DNA from: Erysipelotrichaceae bacterium
GTDB lineage: Bacteria > Bacillota_I > Bacilli_A > Erysipelotrichales > Coprobacillaceae
DNA length: 32,000 nucleotides
Assembly (NCBI GenBank): GCA_028698185.1
Contig: JAQVDW010000003.1
Span: 30,001 to 62,000 of the forward strand
Direction of reading: 5' to 3'
The notes beneath the pieces were generated by a model that saw nothing but the letters and a program-made list of their open reading frames with translations, did not search any database and was not told the DNA's origin. Shown in pieces: positions 16,032 to 29,076 of the stretch; position 1 is the first letter of the stretch, and each line of letters opens with the position of its first letter. The translations under genes and the position numbers were made by a program.

Positions 16032-16280
16032 TAAAGTGAAAGTGAAAACTTGTTGCCGGGCTCAGGTCGGGGAATCGGGATAAGCTTTCACTTTTCGTTT
16101 ATATTACCCACTTGAAAGATATTATCAAAGCAAAGTGAAACGACAGGGCAGGCTGACAAAAGAACCGGTTGAGGAAGGTGGAGTACTATTGGAATGTAAA
16201 GAATTATGTAATTATCGAATCACACCTTTATTTTTTGTTAGGAAAGTAGTATGATTATCTTAATATTAGGAGGCGCCCAA

Positions 16281-17732
16281 GTGAATAAGAAAAATATCGG
16301 TTTATTCATTGTTTTTGTTTCAGCTTTGCTATTTATGTCGATAATATGGAGCAATAACAACTTTTCTACTGCTACCTTGAACCAGCTGATTTATCATACG
16401 AAATTTACCGGCAGCGGTTTTGATATCGGTATTGTGCTATCCTGGCTGGTGCAGGCCTTGTTGCCAAGCACCTTGTTTTTTTTGTTTGTCGGGTTTACCT
16501 ACAATCGCTACTATCTTAAAAACCAAAGCAGCCTCAGAGTCAACGGAATCCATATGTCAATCGTATCATTGACGTTGCTGCTGGTGTTCACCCTGACAAA
16601 TTACAATGTATATGGTTATTTCACCAAGATTGCCCAGGTCAGTGACTTCTATGAGACCAACTATGTTGATCCAAGTTCGGTCAATATCGATTTTACCCAG
16701 AAAAGAAACCTGATCTATATCTATATGGAATCGGTGGAAACGACTTATTTGTCAACTGCAAATGGTGGCTACAACAGTACCAGCCTGATGCCGGAACTTG
16801 AACAAATTGCTCTGGAAAACACAAATTTTTCCAATACGGATGCATTGGGAGGTTGGCAGACCCTGGAAGGAACACAGTGGACTATCGCTTCAATGATTTC
16901 GCAAAACGCCGGAATTCCGGTTACCCTCAAATTTGACGATGAGGAGTATGAACCTGGTGACCCTTACCTTATGGGAACTTATTCCCTAGGTGAGATCCTA
17001 GCGGATAATGGTTATAAAAACGTCCTGATAAAAGGTTCGGATGCCGATTTCGCAGGCACTTCGAACTTCTTCGAGACCCATGGAAATTACGAAATCCATG
17101 ATTATAACAGCATCATAGAGGAAGGATACATTCCGGCAGACTACAAGGTATTCTGGGGGATGGAAGACAGCAAGACGTACACTTATGCAAAGGAAAAGTT
17201 GGAAGAACTGTCAAGTTCCAGCCAACCGTTCAATCTGACAATGGTGACAGTAAACACCCACACTCCCGAGGGATACCTGGAACCGGGAGCTGCGGAGCCC
17301 TATGACGACCAGTACTCGAATGTGATTCTAGATGCTTCGAAGCAGGTTAGCGAGTTTATCGATTACATATCTCAACAGGACTACTACGACAATACAACCA
17401 TCATTGTTGTCGGTGACCACTTGAGCATGTACGGAGAATATTTTGCTTCGGTGGATGTGAATTACCAACGGACACCTTTCAATGTGATAATCAACAGTGG
17501 GGCGACAACCCAAAAAACCGCCAACCGCCAGTTCAGTTCCATAGACATGTTTCCGACGACCATTGCCGCTTTAGGAGGCGCAATTGAAGGCGACAGCCTG
17601 GGACTTGGCGTTAATCTATACAGTGATAGGCTGACCTTGATCGAAAAGTATGGTTTTGATTACGTGAATACCGAAATCCAGAAATCATCCAATTTCTATC
17701 AGGAAAAACTTCTATACCCTGACGGTCAGTGA
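16281..17732 (+). CDS. LtaS/OpgB-like phosphoglycerol transferase (sulfatase-superfamily membrane protein)
   Basis: N-terminal TM helices precede an extracytoplasmic alkaline-phosphatase-superfamily domain with YIYMESVE, GTQWTIASMISQNAGIP and VVGDHL. AGGAGG lies 7 nt upstream of GTG 16281, which I prefer over ATG 16251. Confidence 0.8.
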   Translation: MNKKNIGLFIVFVSALLFMSIIWSNNNFSTATLNQLIYHTKFTGSGFDIGIVLSWLVQALLPSTLFFLFVGFTYNRYYLKNQSSLRVNGIHMSIVSLTLLLVFTLTNYNVYGYFTKIAQVSDFYETNYVDPSSVNIDFTQKRNLIYIYMESVETTYLSTANGGYNSTSLMPELEQIALENTNFSNTDALGGWQTLEGTQWTIASMISQNAGIPVTLKFDDEEYEPGDPYLMGTYSLGEILADNGYKNVLIKGSDADFAGTSNFFETHGNYEIHDYNSIIEEGYIPADYKVFWGMEDSKTYTYAKEKLEELSSSSQPFNLTMVTVNTHTPEGYLEPGAAEPYDDQYSNVILDASKQVSEFIDYISQQDYYDNTTIIVVGDHLSMYGEYFASVDVNYQRTPFNVIINSGATTQKTANRQFSSIDMFPTTIAALGGAIEGDSLGLGVNLYSDRLTLIEKYGFDYVNTEIQKSSNFYQEKLLYPDGQ

Positions 17733-17736
17733 TTCC

Positions 17737-17780
17737 ATCTTGAAGATGCGGCAAACAAGCCATGCCTTCAAGATTTTTTA
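17737..17780 (+). terminator. Intrinsic terminator after the LtaS-like gene
   Basis: ATCTTGAAG ... CTTCAAGAT, a 9-bp stem with inner GGC/GCC pairing, followed by TTTTTTAT. Confidence 0.75.
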
Positions 17781-17969
17781 TTTAATGTAGGTGTTTGAAA
17801 AAGATGAGTGTCATTTAATGATTGAAGACTGGAAGCGGATTCATCATTAATGCCGATAATGGTTATAATAATATATTAATTTATGATGATTACAAGGGCG
17901 AAAATATTAAAAAATTATATCCAAACCTTTTCACTTATGGTATCATGTGATTAATGAGGTGATGACATA

Positions 17970-18569
17970 ATGGGGACAGTCTTAGTTGAGAAAAAGGATA
18001 TCATGAAGGTTAAGCAGTACTTGCTTAATGGTCTTGTGGTGTCGTTTCCAACTGAGACTGTTTTTGGTTTGGCGGCAAAATATGATGATACGGCAGCTGT
18101 CGACCGCCTTTTTGAAATCAAGGGTCGGGACAAATCAAAAGCAATCACTTTGATGGTGGAATCCGTGGCTAGTGCAATGGAGTTTTGTGACTTGTCTGAA
18201 GATGAAAAGCGCATCATGGAAAGGCTGATGCCAGGAATGATCACGATAGTTGTGAACAAGAAAGAGGATGCCTATATCCCCTATCTTGAACGAACTGTTG
18301 GAATCCGCATCCCTGATGACCGGTTTGTCCTGGAGCTGCTTAAATTGACCGGCCCATTGTTAGTTACCTCGGCCAACAAATCGGGTCAGGAAAACATGGT
18401 TTCCAGCGATGAAGTATTGGCAGAGTTTCAAAATGAAATCCCCTTGGTGGTCAAGGGCGAATGCCAGGGAAAAATCCCAAGCACGGTATTCAAACTTGAA
18501 GGTAAGGAAGTGATTGTTTTCCGAGAGGGAACAGTCAGCAAACAAGAAATATTGGAGGCAATTGAATGA
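17970..18569 (+). CDS. tsaC: L-threonylcarbamoyladenylate synthase, short TsaC/YrdC type
   Basis: YrdC-domain motifs PTETVFGLAA, IKGRDKSKAITLMV, PGMITIV and VTSANKSG. GAGGTG lies upstream of the ATG. Confidence 0.85.
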   Translation: MGTVLVEKKDIMKVKQYLLNGLVVSFPTETVFGLAAKYDDTAAVDRLFEIKGRDKSKAITLMVESVASAMEFCDLSEDEKRIMERLMPGMITIVVNKKEDAYIPYLERTVGIRIPDDRFVLELLKLTGPLLVTSANKSGQENMVSSDEVLAEFQNEIPLVVKGECQGKIPSTVFKLEGKEVIVFREGTVSKQEILEAIE

Positions 18570-19006
18570 AAATAGCGTTAGCTTGTGATCATGGCGGGTT
18601 GGATCTAAAACACGCAATTATCAACTATTTGAAGGAAAACGGATACGAGTATGAGGATTTCGGGACATACAGCCATGAAAGTTGTGATTATCCCGACTAT
18701 GCGAAACTTGCGGCCCGGGCTGTTGTGAACAGGGAGTGCGACCTTGGTATCTTGGTTTGTGGAACCGGAATTGGAATCGGAATTGCCGCCAACAAGATCA
18801 AGGGAGTCCGTTGTGCGCTTTGCAATGACGTCTTCTCTGCGAAGGCGACAAGAGCCCACAACGACGCGAACATGATGTCAATCGGACAACGTGTGATCGG
18901 CGAAGGTCATGCCCTGGAAATCGTCGCAGCATTTTTGAATGGAAAATTTGAAGGAGACCGCCACATTCAAAGAATAGAAAAAATGATGGCCTTGGAGGAA
19001 GAATAA
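18566..19006 (+). CDS. rpiB: Ribose-5-phosphate isomerase B
   Basis: MKIALACDHGG, VCGTGIGIGIAANK and RAHNDANMMSIG. The start overlaps the tsaC stop (ATGA). Confidence 0.93.
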   Translation: MKIALACDHGGLDLKHAIINYLKENGYEYEDFGTYSHESCDYPDYAKLAARAVVNRECDLGILVCGTGIGIGIAANKIKGVRCALCNDVFSAKATRAHNDANMMSIGQRVIGEGHALEIVAAFLNGKFEGDRHIQRIEKMMALEEE

Positions 19007-20251
19007 ATGAGAGACACTCAAGTATTTGAATATGTTCAAAAGGAATTGAATCGGCAACGCCAAAACATCGAGTTGATTGCATCTGAAAACTTTGTTTCAC
19101 CTCAAATTCTGGAATTGGCTGGCAGCGTGCTTACAAACAAATACGCCGAAGGTTATCCTGGAAAAAGATATTACGGTGGGTGCCAATATGTCGATGTAGT
19201 TGAACAGCTGGCAATCGACCGCTTGAAGGAGTTGTATGGAGCTGAATATGCCAATGTCCAACCGCATAGCGGGGCGCAGGCAAATACGGCCGTTTACCTG
19301 GCGTTATTGAACCACGGCGACAAGGTATTGGGAATGTCCTTGAGCGATGGAGGTCACTTGACTCACGGCCATCCATTGAACTATTCAGGAATCAACTATG
19401 AATTCCATAGCTATGGTGTTAAAAAAGAAAATGAAGTTATCGATTACGAAGACTTCAAGAACAAGGTCGAAACAATCAAACCGAAACTTGTCGTTGCAGG
19501 AGCCAGTGCCTATTCAAGAATCATCGATTTCGAATACATGGCTAAAATAGCTCATGATAACGGAGCGTTGTTCATGGTGGATATGGCCCATATCGCCGGG
19601 TTGGTAGCTGCAGGGGTGCACCCTTCACCATTCCCATTTGCGGATATTGTGACCAGCACGACTCACAAGACACTAAGAGGACCACGTGGCGGTGTGATCA
19701 TGGCCAAAGCTGAGTTCCAGGCAGCTATCGACCGTGCAGTCTTCCCTGGAATGCAAGGTGGACCATTGGAACATATCATCGCGGCAAAAGCGGCTTGTTT
19801 CTTTGAAGCGTTGCAACCAGAATTCAAAGACTATGCAAAACAAGTTGTTAAAAACGCCAAAGCTTTGGAAAAGACGTTGAAGGAAGAGGGGTTCAGATTG
19901 GTGGCTGACGGTACCGACAATCACCTGATTCTGGTCGATGTAAAAGCCAGCTGTGGAATCTCAGGCAAGAAAGCGGAACGCTTGTTGGATGAAATCAATA
20001 TCACCGCCAACAAAAACGCAATCCCTTTCGATACCGAAAAACCATTCAAAGCCAGCGGAATCCGCATCGGGACACCGGCCATGACCACAAAAGGCTTCAC
20101 TGAAGAAGATTTTGTTGAAGTCGGAAAAATCATCGCTTGTCGCTTGAAGAACGAAGAGACAGACCAAATAAAGGAAGAATGTCTCGAACGCGTTAAAAAG
20201 CTGACTGACAAAATCACTATGTACAGTGATATCAATTATATACAGGAGTAA
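19007..20251 (+). CDS. glyA: Serine hydroxymethyltransferase
   Basis: [23 protein letters not shown] and the PLP-lysine block [14 protein letters not shown]. The start directly abuts the rpiB stop. Confidence 0.97.
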   Translation: MRDTQVFEYVQKELNRQRQNIELIASENFVSPQILELAGSVLTNKYAEGYPGKRYYGGCQYVDVVEQLAIDRLKELYGAEYANVQPHSGAQANTAVYLALLNHGDKVLGMSLSDGGHLTHGHPLNYSGINYEFHSYGVKKENEVIDYEDFKNKVETIKPKLVVAGASAYSRIIDFEYMAKIAHDNGALFMVDMAHIAGLVAAGVHPSPFPFADIVTSTTHKTLRGPRGGVIMAKAEFQAAIDRAVFPGMQGGPLEHIIAAKAACFFEALQPEFKDYAKQVVKNAKALEKTLKEEGFRLVADGTDNHLILVDVKASCGISGKKAERLLDEINITANKNAIPFDTEKPFKASGIRIGTPAMTTKGFTEEDFVEVGKIIACRLKNEETDQIKEECLERVKKLTDKITMYSDINYIQE

Positions 20252-20253
20252 AT

Positions 20254-20877
20254 ATGGCAACTAAAATTTTGAATCACAATCTTATCTCCCATAAACTGAC
20301 AATCATGCGTGATAGGAATACCAAAACTTACATTTTTAAACAAAATCTTGATGAGATTGCAATGTTGATGGCATACGAAGTGACCAGGGACATCCCAGTC
20401 AAAAACAAGGAAATTGAGACACCTATCTGCCCGATGGTCGGAAAGGAAATGTCGAAGGATGTGATTTTAGTTCCTATCCTTAGAGCCGGAATCGGTCTGG
20501 TCGACGGTTTCAGGACAATAATTCCCAATGCCAAAATCGGTCATATCGGAATGGCCCGCGATGAAGAAACACTTCTTCCAGTCGAGTACTATGCTAAGTT
20601 TCCTTCGGGGATCGATAAAGCCCGGGTTATCGTGCTTGATCCGATGTTGGCAACCGGCGGTTCGGCGAACGCGGTTCTTGATGTAATCAAACAGCGTGGG
20701 GCCAAAGACATCCAGCTTGTCTGCCTGGTTGGGGCACCCGAGGGATTGCGAGCGGTTGAAGAGGCCCATCCGGATGTGGATGTTTACCTGGGAACCCTCG
20801 ACGAACGTCTAAACGAAAAAGGTTATATCGTTCCTGGTTTGGGAGACGCTGGAGACCGGCTGTTTGGGACCGACTAG
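20254..20877 (+). CDS. upp: Uracil phosphoribosyltransferase
   Basis: PILRAGIG, the PRPP loop [12 protein letters not shown], and the C-terminal [16 protein letters not shown]. Confidence 0.96.
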   Translation: MATKILNHNLISHKLTIMRDRNTKTYIFKQNLDEIAMLMAYEVTRDIPVKNKEIETPICPMVGKEMSKDVILVPILRAGIGLVDGFRTIIPNAKIGHIGMARDEETLLPVEYYAKFPSGIDKARVIVLDPMLATGGSANAVLDVIKQRGAKDIQLVCLVGAPEGLRAVEEAHPDVDVYLGTLDERLNEKGYIVPGLGDAGDRLFGTD

Positions 20878-21076
20878 AAAGGCAATCAGGATAATTGTTT
20901 TCGCCTTGGATCTTGTATTCCGCATTGTCGGGACTTATGTGATTGCGGTCATTGGCGGCAATTATCTCGATGGGAAACTGGGAACAGGCAAAGCAATACT
21001 TTTGGTATTTCTGTTTCTGGCGTCTATCAATGTCTTGTATACATTGGTGACGATTAATAAAAAATATGGAAAATAA
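20864..21076 (+). CDS. atpZ: AtpZ/AtpI-family small membrane protein
   Basis: A 70-aa protein with two TM helices and [12 protein letters not shown] between them. It lies immediately upstream of atpI and overlaps upp by 14 nt. Confidence 0.6.
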   Translation: MGPTRKAIRIIVFALDLVFRIVGTYVIAVIGGNYLDGKLGTGKAILLVFLFLASINVLYTLVTINKKYGK

Positions 21077-21437
21077 ACTTAGTGAAAAGAAGTTGTTTTT
21101 GGAATCATTGCGATTGTTTTCATTTGCGGTGATTCTGGCTTTTGCCATCAGCCTTTGGTTGGATGATTTCAGTTATCTGATGGGACTGACCCTGGGTTAT
21201 GGTATCTGTTTGTTAAATTTCCGTTTTCATATTATGGTCATCGATGCCCTTTTTGGAACGATGACGAAATGGTCAATGGTGCTGATTATCGGTTCGCGAG
21301 TGATTCAGATGGCTTTTTACGCGGCCGGATTGCTTCTTGCGATATTCATTCCGACATGGTTTAATCTTGTCGCGGTCACCATCGGCTACATGTTGATAAA
21401 AACGGGTATTTATAAATTGAGTTTTAAAAGAAAGTAG
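21066..21437 (+). CDS. atpI: ATP synthase protein I
   Basis: A 123-aa hydrophobic protein with four TM segments, in the canonical position upstream of atpB. Confidence 0.65.
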   Translation: MENKLSEKKLFLESLRLFSFAVILAFAISLWLDDFSYLMGLTLGYGICLLNFRFHIMVIDALFGTMTKWSMVLIIGSRVIQMAFYAAGLLLAIFIPTWFNLVAVTIGYMLIKTGIYKLSFKRK

Positions 21438-21445
21438 GTGGAGTA

Positions 21446-22117
21446 GTGAACGGAAATCTGGTTATCACAATCCAGCCGGAGCTCATTTTCTCGCTGGTTA
21501 TAATGAGTGCAATTGTGATATTCGCGATTGTGGCAGGTAGGAAAGTCGCCGCAGCCGATCCAACTCAGCCCCCTAGCGGGATAGTTGTTGTCTGCGAGAC
21601 TCTGGTCAATGCGTTGTATGGATTTTTCAAATCGATATTGCCGGCCAATTTTGAACCGTGGGTTTATCCTTATTTTGCGGTTTTGGCAATATATATACTG
21701 ATTTCCAACTTGAGCGGATTGATTGGATTTGATGCACCGACATCGAATTTCTCAATAACGTTTTCGATGGCCCTGGTCACTTTTGCCCTGATACAATTCA
21801 CGGCATTCAAGAGAAAAGGGGCGTTCAAGTACGTCAAAGAGCTGGTATGGCCACCCACAAATATTCTCAGTGCCGCGGCACCGTTGATTTCCCTGTCAAT
21901 GCGTTTGTTCGGGAATATTCTAAGTGGTTCAATCATTATGGCTTTAGTTTACAGTTTGCTTGGGTGGATCAGCAGCGCGATAATCCCGTTCAATTTTTTG
22001 GGACCCGTTGTTGCCCCGGTATTGCATGCTTATTTCGATGTTTTCGCATCATTGATTCAAACATTTATATTTGTGACTTTATCTAGTGTTTATATCGCTT
22101 TGGAATATGAAGGCTAG
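21446..22117 (+). CDS. atpB: F0F1 ATP synthase subunit a
   Basis: The essential Arg block LSMRLFGNILSG is present and the operon position fits. The start is GTG, with GGTGGAG upstream. Confidence 0.93.
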   Translation: MNGNLVITIQPELIFSLVIMSAIVIFAIVAGRKVAAADPTQPPSGIVVVCETLVNALYGFFKSILPANFEPWVYPYFAVLAIYILISNLSGLIGFDAPTSNFSITFSMALVTFALIQFTAFKRKGAFKYVKELVWPPTNILSAAAPLISLSMRLFGNILSGSIIMALVYSLLGWISSAIIPFNFLGPVVAPVLHAYFDVFASLIQTFIFVTLSSVYIALEYEG

Positions 22118-22153
22118 TAAAGATAAAAAAAAACAATTGGAGGAGAAGAAAAA

Positions 22154-22384
22154 ATGACAGATAGAGGTTTAATCGCAATTGCAGCGGCAATAGCAGTATG
22201 TGCAGGTTTAGGAACAGGGATCGGTGAAGGGATCGCCGCATCAAGAGCAGTTGAAGCGGTAGGGCGCAATCCTGAAGCTGAAGACAAAATCCGATTAATG
22301 ATGATCGTTGGTTGTGGGATTTCAGAAACTGTTGCCATCTACGGTTTGTTGGTATCATTGATTCTATTATTCGTATTCCAATAA
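22154..22384 (+). CDS. atpE: F0F1 ATP synthase subunit c
   Basis: A 76-aa helical hairpin with loop RNPEA and the ion-binding Glu in GISETVAIYG. GGAGGAG lies upstream. Confidence 0.95.
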   Translation: MTDRGLIAIAAAIAVCAGLGTGIGEGIAASRAVEAVGRNPEAEDKIRLMMIVGCGISETVAIYGLLVSLILLFVFQ

Positions 22385-22396
22385 TAGGGAGTAATT

Positions 22397-22900
22397 ATGA
22401 CTATTGATATTGCGGGAAAATTATTTCCAAATATCACTACCGTTATCGTTCAGTTATTGTCAACCGGAGTAATGTTGTATTTCTTTAAGAAATTTTTGTG
22501 GGATGCAGTCCGCAAATATTTCCAAGCCCGGGCTGATTTCATCGAAAACAGTCTTGATGAAGCGCAAAACACAAAAAAGGAAGCGCGGCAATTTTTGGTG
22601 ATGTCGGAGGAGCAGTCTAAACAGGCAGCCAAGGAATATCACGATATTGTCAACCAGGCTAAAGAAGAAGCTGCAAAAGCAAAAGAGGAAATCATCAAGG
22701 AAGCCAATGCTCAAGCAAAACAAAAAATCGAGCAGGCCAACCAAGCCATCGAAGCTACAAGAAAAGCGGCTGATGAGCAGATGAAAGCTGAAATTGTCAC
22801 TGTGGCATTGGAAGTTGCTTCTAAAGTGATGGAAAGAAATATGACAACCCAAGACAATAACCGGCTTGTAGAACAATTTGTTGATGAAATGGTTAATTAA
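22397..22900 (+). CDS. atpF: F0F1 ATP synthase subunit b
   Basis: A single N-terminal TM segment followed by a long charged Ala/Lys/Glu-rich helix. The operon position fits. Confidence 0.9.
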   Translation: MTIDIAGKLFPNITTVIVQLLSTGVMLYFFKKFLWDAVRKYFQARADFIENSLDEAQNTKKEARQFLVMSEEQSKQAAKEYHDIVNQAKEEAAKAKEEIIKEANAQAKQKIEQANQAIEATRKAADEQMKAEIVTVALEVASKVMERNMTTQDNNRLVEQFVDEMVN

Positions 22901-23433
22901 TGGATACGATAGCTAGCCGATATGGCCAATCGTTATTTGACTTGGCCATTGAAAAAAATCAAGTGGGAAATTATCTGGAACAATTGAATCTGGTGTCTGA
23001 GGTTTTCGGATCGGACCCAAAGATTGTCCAGTTTTTCTCCCATGTAATAATCGACGATAGTGATAAGATGGAATTAATTGAAAAGAGTTTCAAGGAAAGT
23101 TTGGATAAGATGGTTCTTAACTTCCTTAAACTCTTGATCAAGAACAGAAGAATGAAGTACTTCAGCGAGATTTTTCTTGCTTATAAGGATTTGGCCAATG
23201 ACTATCTTGGCATCGAAGAAGGAATCGTATATACTCCTTCGACGCTCTCAGATGAGCAATTGACCAACATTGCTGCGGCATTATCCAAATCACAAAACAA
23301 AAAAGTGGTCCTGCGCCAAGTCATCAAACCTAGTTTAATCGGGGGACTTAAAGTAGTGATTAAAAATCGAGTGATCGATGGTTCGGTCCAAAACCGAATC
23401 GAATTGATGAGAAAAGAACTATTAAGAAAGTAG
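22900..23433 (+). CDS. atpH: F0F1 ATP synthase subunit delta
   Basis: OSCP/delta-like N-terminus ([12 protein letters not shown]) and a C-terminal [16 protein letters not shown] block. It overlaps the atpF stop (TAATG). Confidence 0.9.
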   Translation: MDTIASRYGQSLFDLAIEKNQVGNYLEQLNLVSEVFGSDPKIVQFFSHVIIDDSDKMELIEKSFKESLDKMVLNFLKLLIKNRRMKYFSEIFLAYKDLANDYLGIEEGIVYTPSTLSDEQLTNIAAALSKSQNKKVVLRQVIKPSLIGGLKVVIKNRVIDGSVQNRIELMRKELLRK

Positions 23434-23443
23434 GTGGAAGATA

Positions 23444-25818
<2,375 letters not shown>

Positions 25819-25832
25819 AAAGGAGAAAATAA

Positions 25833-27630
<1,798 letters not shown>

Positions 27631-27634
27631 TTGA

Positions 27635-27658
27635 ATTCTCCCGTGAGGGAGAATTTTT
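27635..27658 (+). terminator. Intrinsic terminator at the end of the atp operon
   Basis: ATTCTCCC GTGA GGGAGAAT followed by TTTT, an 8-bp stem with a GNRA-type loop. Confidence 0.85.
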
Positions 27659-27683
27659 ATTTGCGCTTACAACTGTATATCGT

Positions 27684-27712
27684 TAGATTTATATCACAAA
27701 TTGTGGTATAAA
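27684..27712 (+). promoter_or_regulatory. Candidate extended -10 promoter for ldh
   Basis: TGgTATAAA (27704-27712) with a weak -35, TAGATT (27684-27689), at 17-nt spacing. Confidence 0.45.
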
Positions 27713-27732
27713 TTTCGTAAGAGGTGAATAAT

Positions 27733-28695
27733 ATGAATAAGAATATCGATCAAAAGAAGGTTGTGTTAGTTGGTACAGGTTTCGTCGGGATGTCCATGGC
27801 GTACTCGATGTTGAATACGGGTGGGGTTGATGAACTGGTTCTAGTCGATCTAAACGAGGACAAGGCAATCGGAGAGGCAATGGATTTAAACCATGGTGCG
27901 CCTTACACCAAGTCATCGATCAAGATTACCGCAGGGAATTATAACGACTGCAATGATGCGGATATCGTCGTGATAACCGCAGGAGCGGCCCAAAAACCGG
28001 GGCAGACGCGATTGGAGCTGACCCAGATAAACACCAGAATCATGAAGGGGATCGTTGAAAATATCATGGCCAGCGGATTTGATGGTATCATCATCGTTGC
28101 CAGCAATCCAGTCGACTTGATGAGTTACGTGGCCTACAAGGTATCCGGTCTGCCGTCAAGCCGTGTCATAGGTTCCGGGACAATATTGGATACGGCCCGG
28201 TTAAGATATCTGATGAGCGACTATCTGGAAATTTCACCAAGCAACATCCACGCCTACATTCTAGGGGAGCATGGTGACAGCAGTTTTGTGCCATGGATGA
28301 ACACTTATGTCGGATGCAAGTCCTTGCTTGAATATCTGACTGAAAGAGGCGAAGATCTCGAGGCGTTGAATGAAATATACCATCAAGTTCAAAGGGCGGC
28401 ATACGAGATTATAGAACGCAAGCAGGCCACTTACTATGGTATTGGATTGGCGCTTAATCGGCTTGTTCAAGCGATACTGGAAAACGAAAATGCAATCTTG
28501 ACGATATCGGCACTTCAAAACGGGGAATATGACCAGGACGGGCTTTACATCGGAGTACCGGCAATCATCAATCGCGAGGGCGTCAAGGAGATTGTGAAGC
28601 TTAAATTGAACAACATTGATCAGGAGAAATTCAATCGTAGCTGCCTAACGCTTGAAAAGATCATCTCGGAACAAATAGATCAACTGCTTGACTAA
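27733..28695 (+). CDS. ldh: L-lactate dehydrogenase
   Basis: VVLVGTGFVG Rossmann motif, AGAAQKPGQTRLEL (Gln at the LDH/MDH discriminator position) and GEHGDSSF. AAGAGGTG lies 7 nt upstream of ATG 27733, which I prefer over GTG 27724. Confidence 0.93.
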   Translation: MNKNIDQKKVVLVGTGFVGMSMAYSMLNTGGVDELVLVDLNEDKAIGEAMDLNHGAPYTKSSIKITAGNYNDCNDADIVVITAGAAQKPGQTRLELTQINTRIMKGIVENIMASGFDGIIIVASNPVDLMSYVAYKVSGLPSSRVIGSGTILDTARLRYLMSDYLEISPSNIHAYILGEHGDSSFVPWMNTYVGCKSLLEYLTERGEDLEALNEIYHQVQRAAYEIIERKQATYYGIGLALNRLVQAILENENAILTISALQNGEYDQDGLYIGVPAIINREGVKEIVKLKLNNIDQEKFNRSCLTLEKIISEQIDQLLD

Positions 28696-28723
28696 ATTTC
28701 ACATTTTTATTATTTGGGCTTTC

Positions 28724-28752
28724 TTGAATATTGCATGGACAAGTGATACAAT
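28724..28752 (+). promoter_or_regulatory. Strong SigA-type promoter with extended -10 for the 63-codon ORF
   Basis: TTGAAT (28724-28729), a 17-nt spacer ending in TG-A, and TACAAT (28747-28752). Confidence 0.6.
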
Positions 28753-28781
28753 AATAGTCAAGTATAAAAAAGAGGAAAATT

Positions 28782-28973
28782 ATGCAAAGCTGTGTATTAA
28801 AGTTGTTGGGTAACAATGGCTTTTACAATGAGTTGATTCGCTGTGACAGCCCCCAGAAAATACGGGATAAGTTTTTTAGTCAGGGAATTGTCATCAGTGA
28901 TGACGAGGCCAAAGAGGTTGCCCGATATCTTGTGGAACGTATTCAGGAATTGATCATTGCCAGGAGCCGTTAG
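28782..28973 (+). CDS. Orphan 63-aa cytoplasmic protein, function unknown
   Basis: AGAGGAAA lies 4 nt upstream of the ATG, and the gene has its own promoter and terminator. There is no signal peptide or TM segment. It has two Cys and a helical amphipathic pattern (LLGNNGFYNELIRCDSPQKIRDKFFSQGIVISDDEAKEV). Confidence 0.5.
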   Translation: MQSCVLKLLGNNGFYNELIRCDSPQKIRDKFFSQGIVISDDEAKEVARYLVERIQELIIARSR

Positions 28974-28998
28974 TTACTTAGATTCAATAAACAATGGG

Positions 28999-29039
28999 AA
29001 AATCCATCTGCATCCAACTGGAATGAAGATGGATTTTTT
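28999..29039 (+). terminator. Intrinsic terminator after the small ORF
   Basis: AAAATCCATCT ... 17-nt loop ... AGATGGATTTT followed by extra Ts. Confidence 0.8.
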
Positions 29040-29076
29040 CATAATAAAAATATTATGTAAATAATCATAATATTGT

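Noticed and set aside
16195-16212. TGTAAA-N6-TGTAAT upstream of the LtaS-like gene, considered as a WalR (TGTWAH-N5-TGTWAH) box.
   Set aside because: The hexamers are 12 bp apart rather than the 11 bp of the WalR consensus, so I do not label it a WalR site. It is kept only as an unassigned direct repeat in the spacer finding.
17812-17852. A bulged hairpin (CATTTAATGATTGAA...TTCATCATTAATG) and several mini-ORFs lie upstream of tsaC, including MPIMVIIIY and MIEDWKRIHH. I considered a leader-peptide attenuator.
   Set aside because: None of the mini-ORFs has an RBS. The region is simply AT-rich. The downstream genes have no link to Ile or His supply, and no terminator follows the hairpin.
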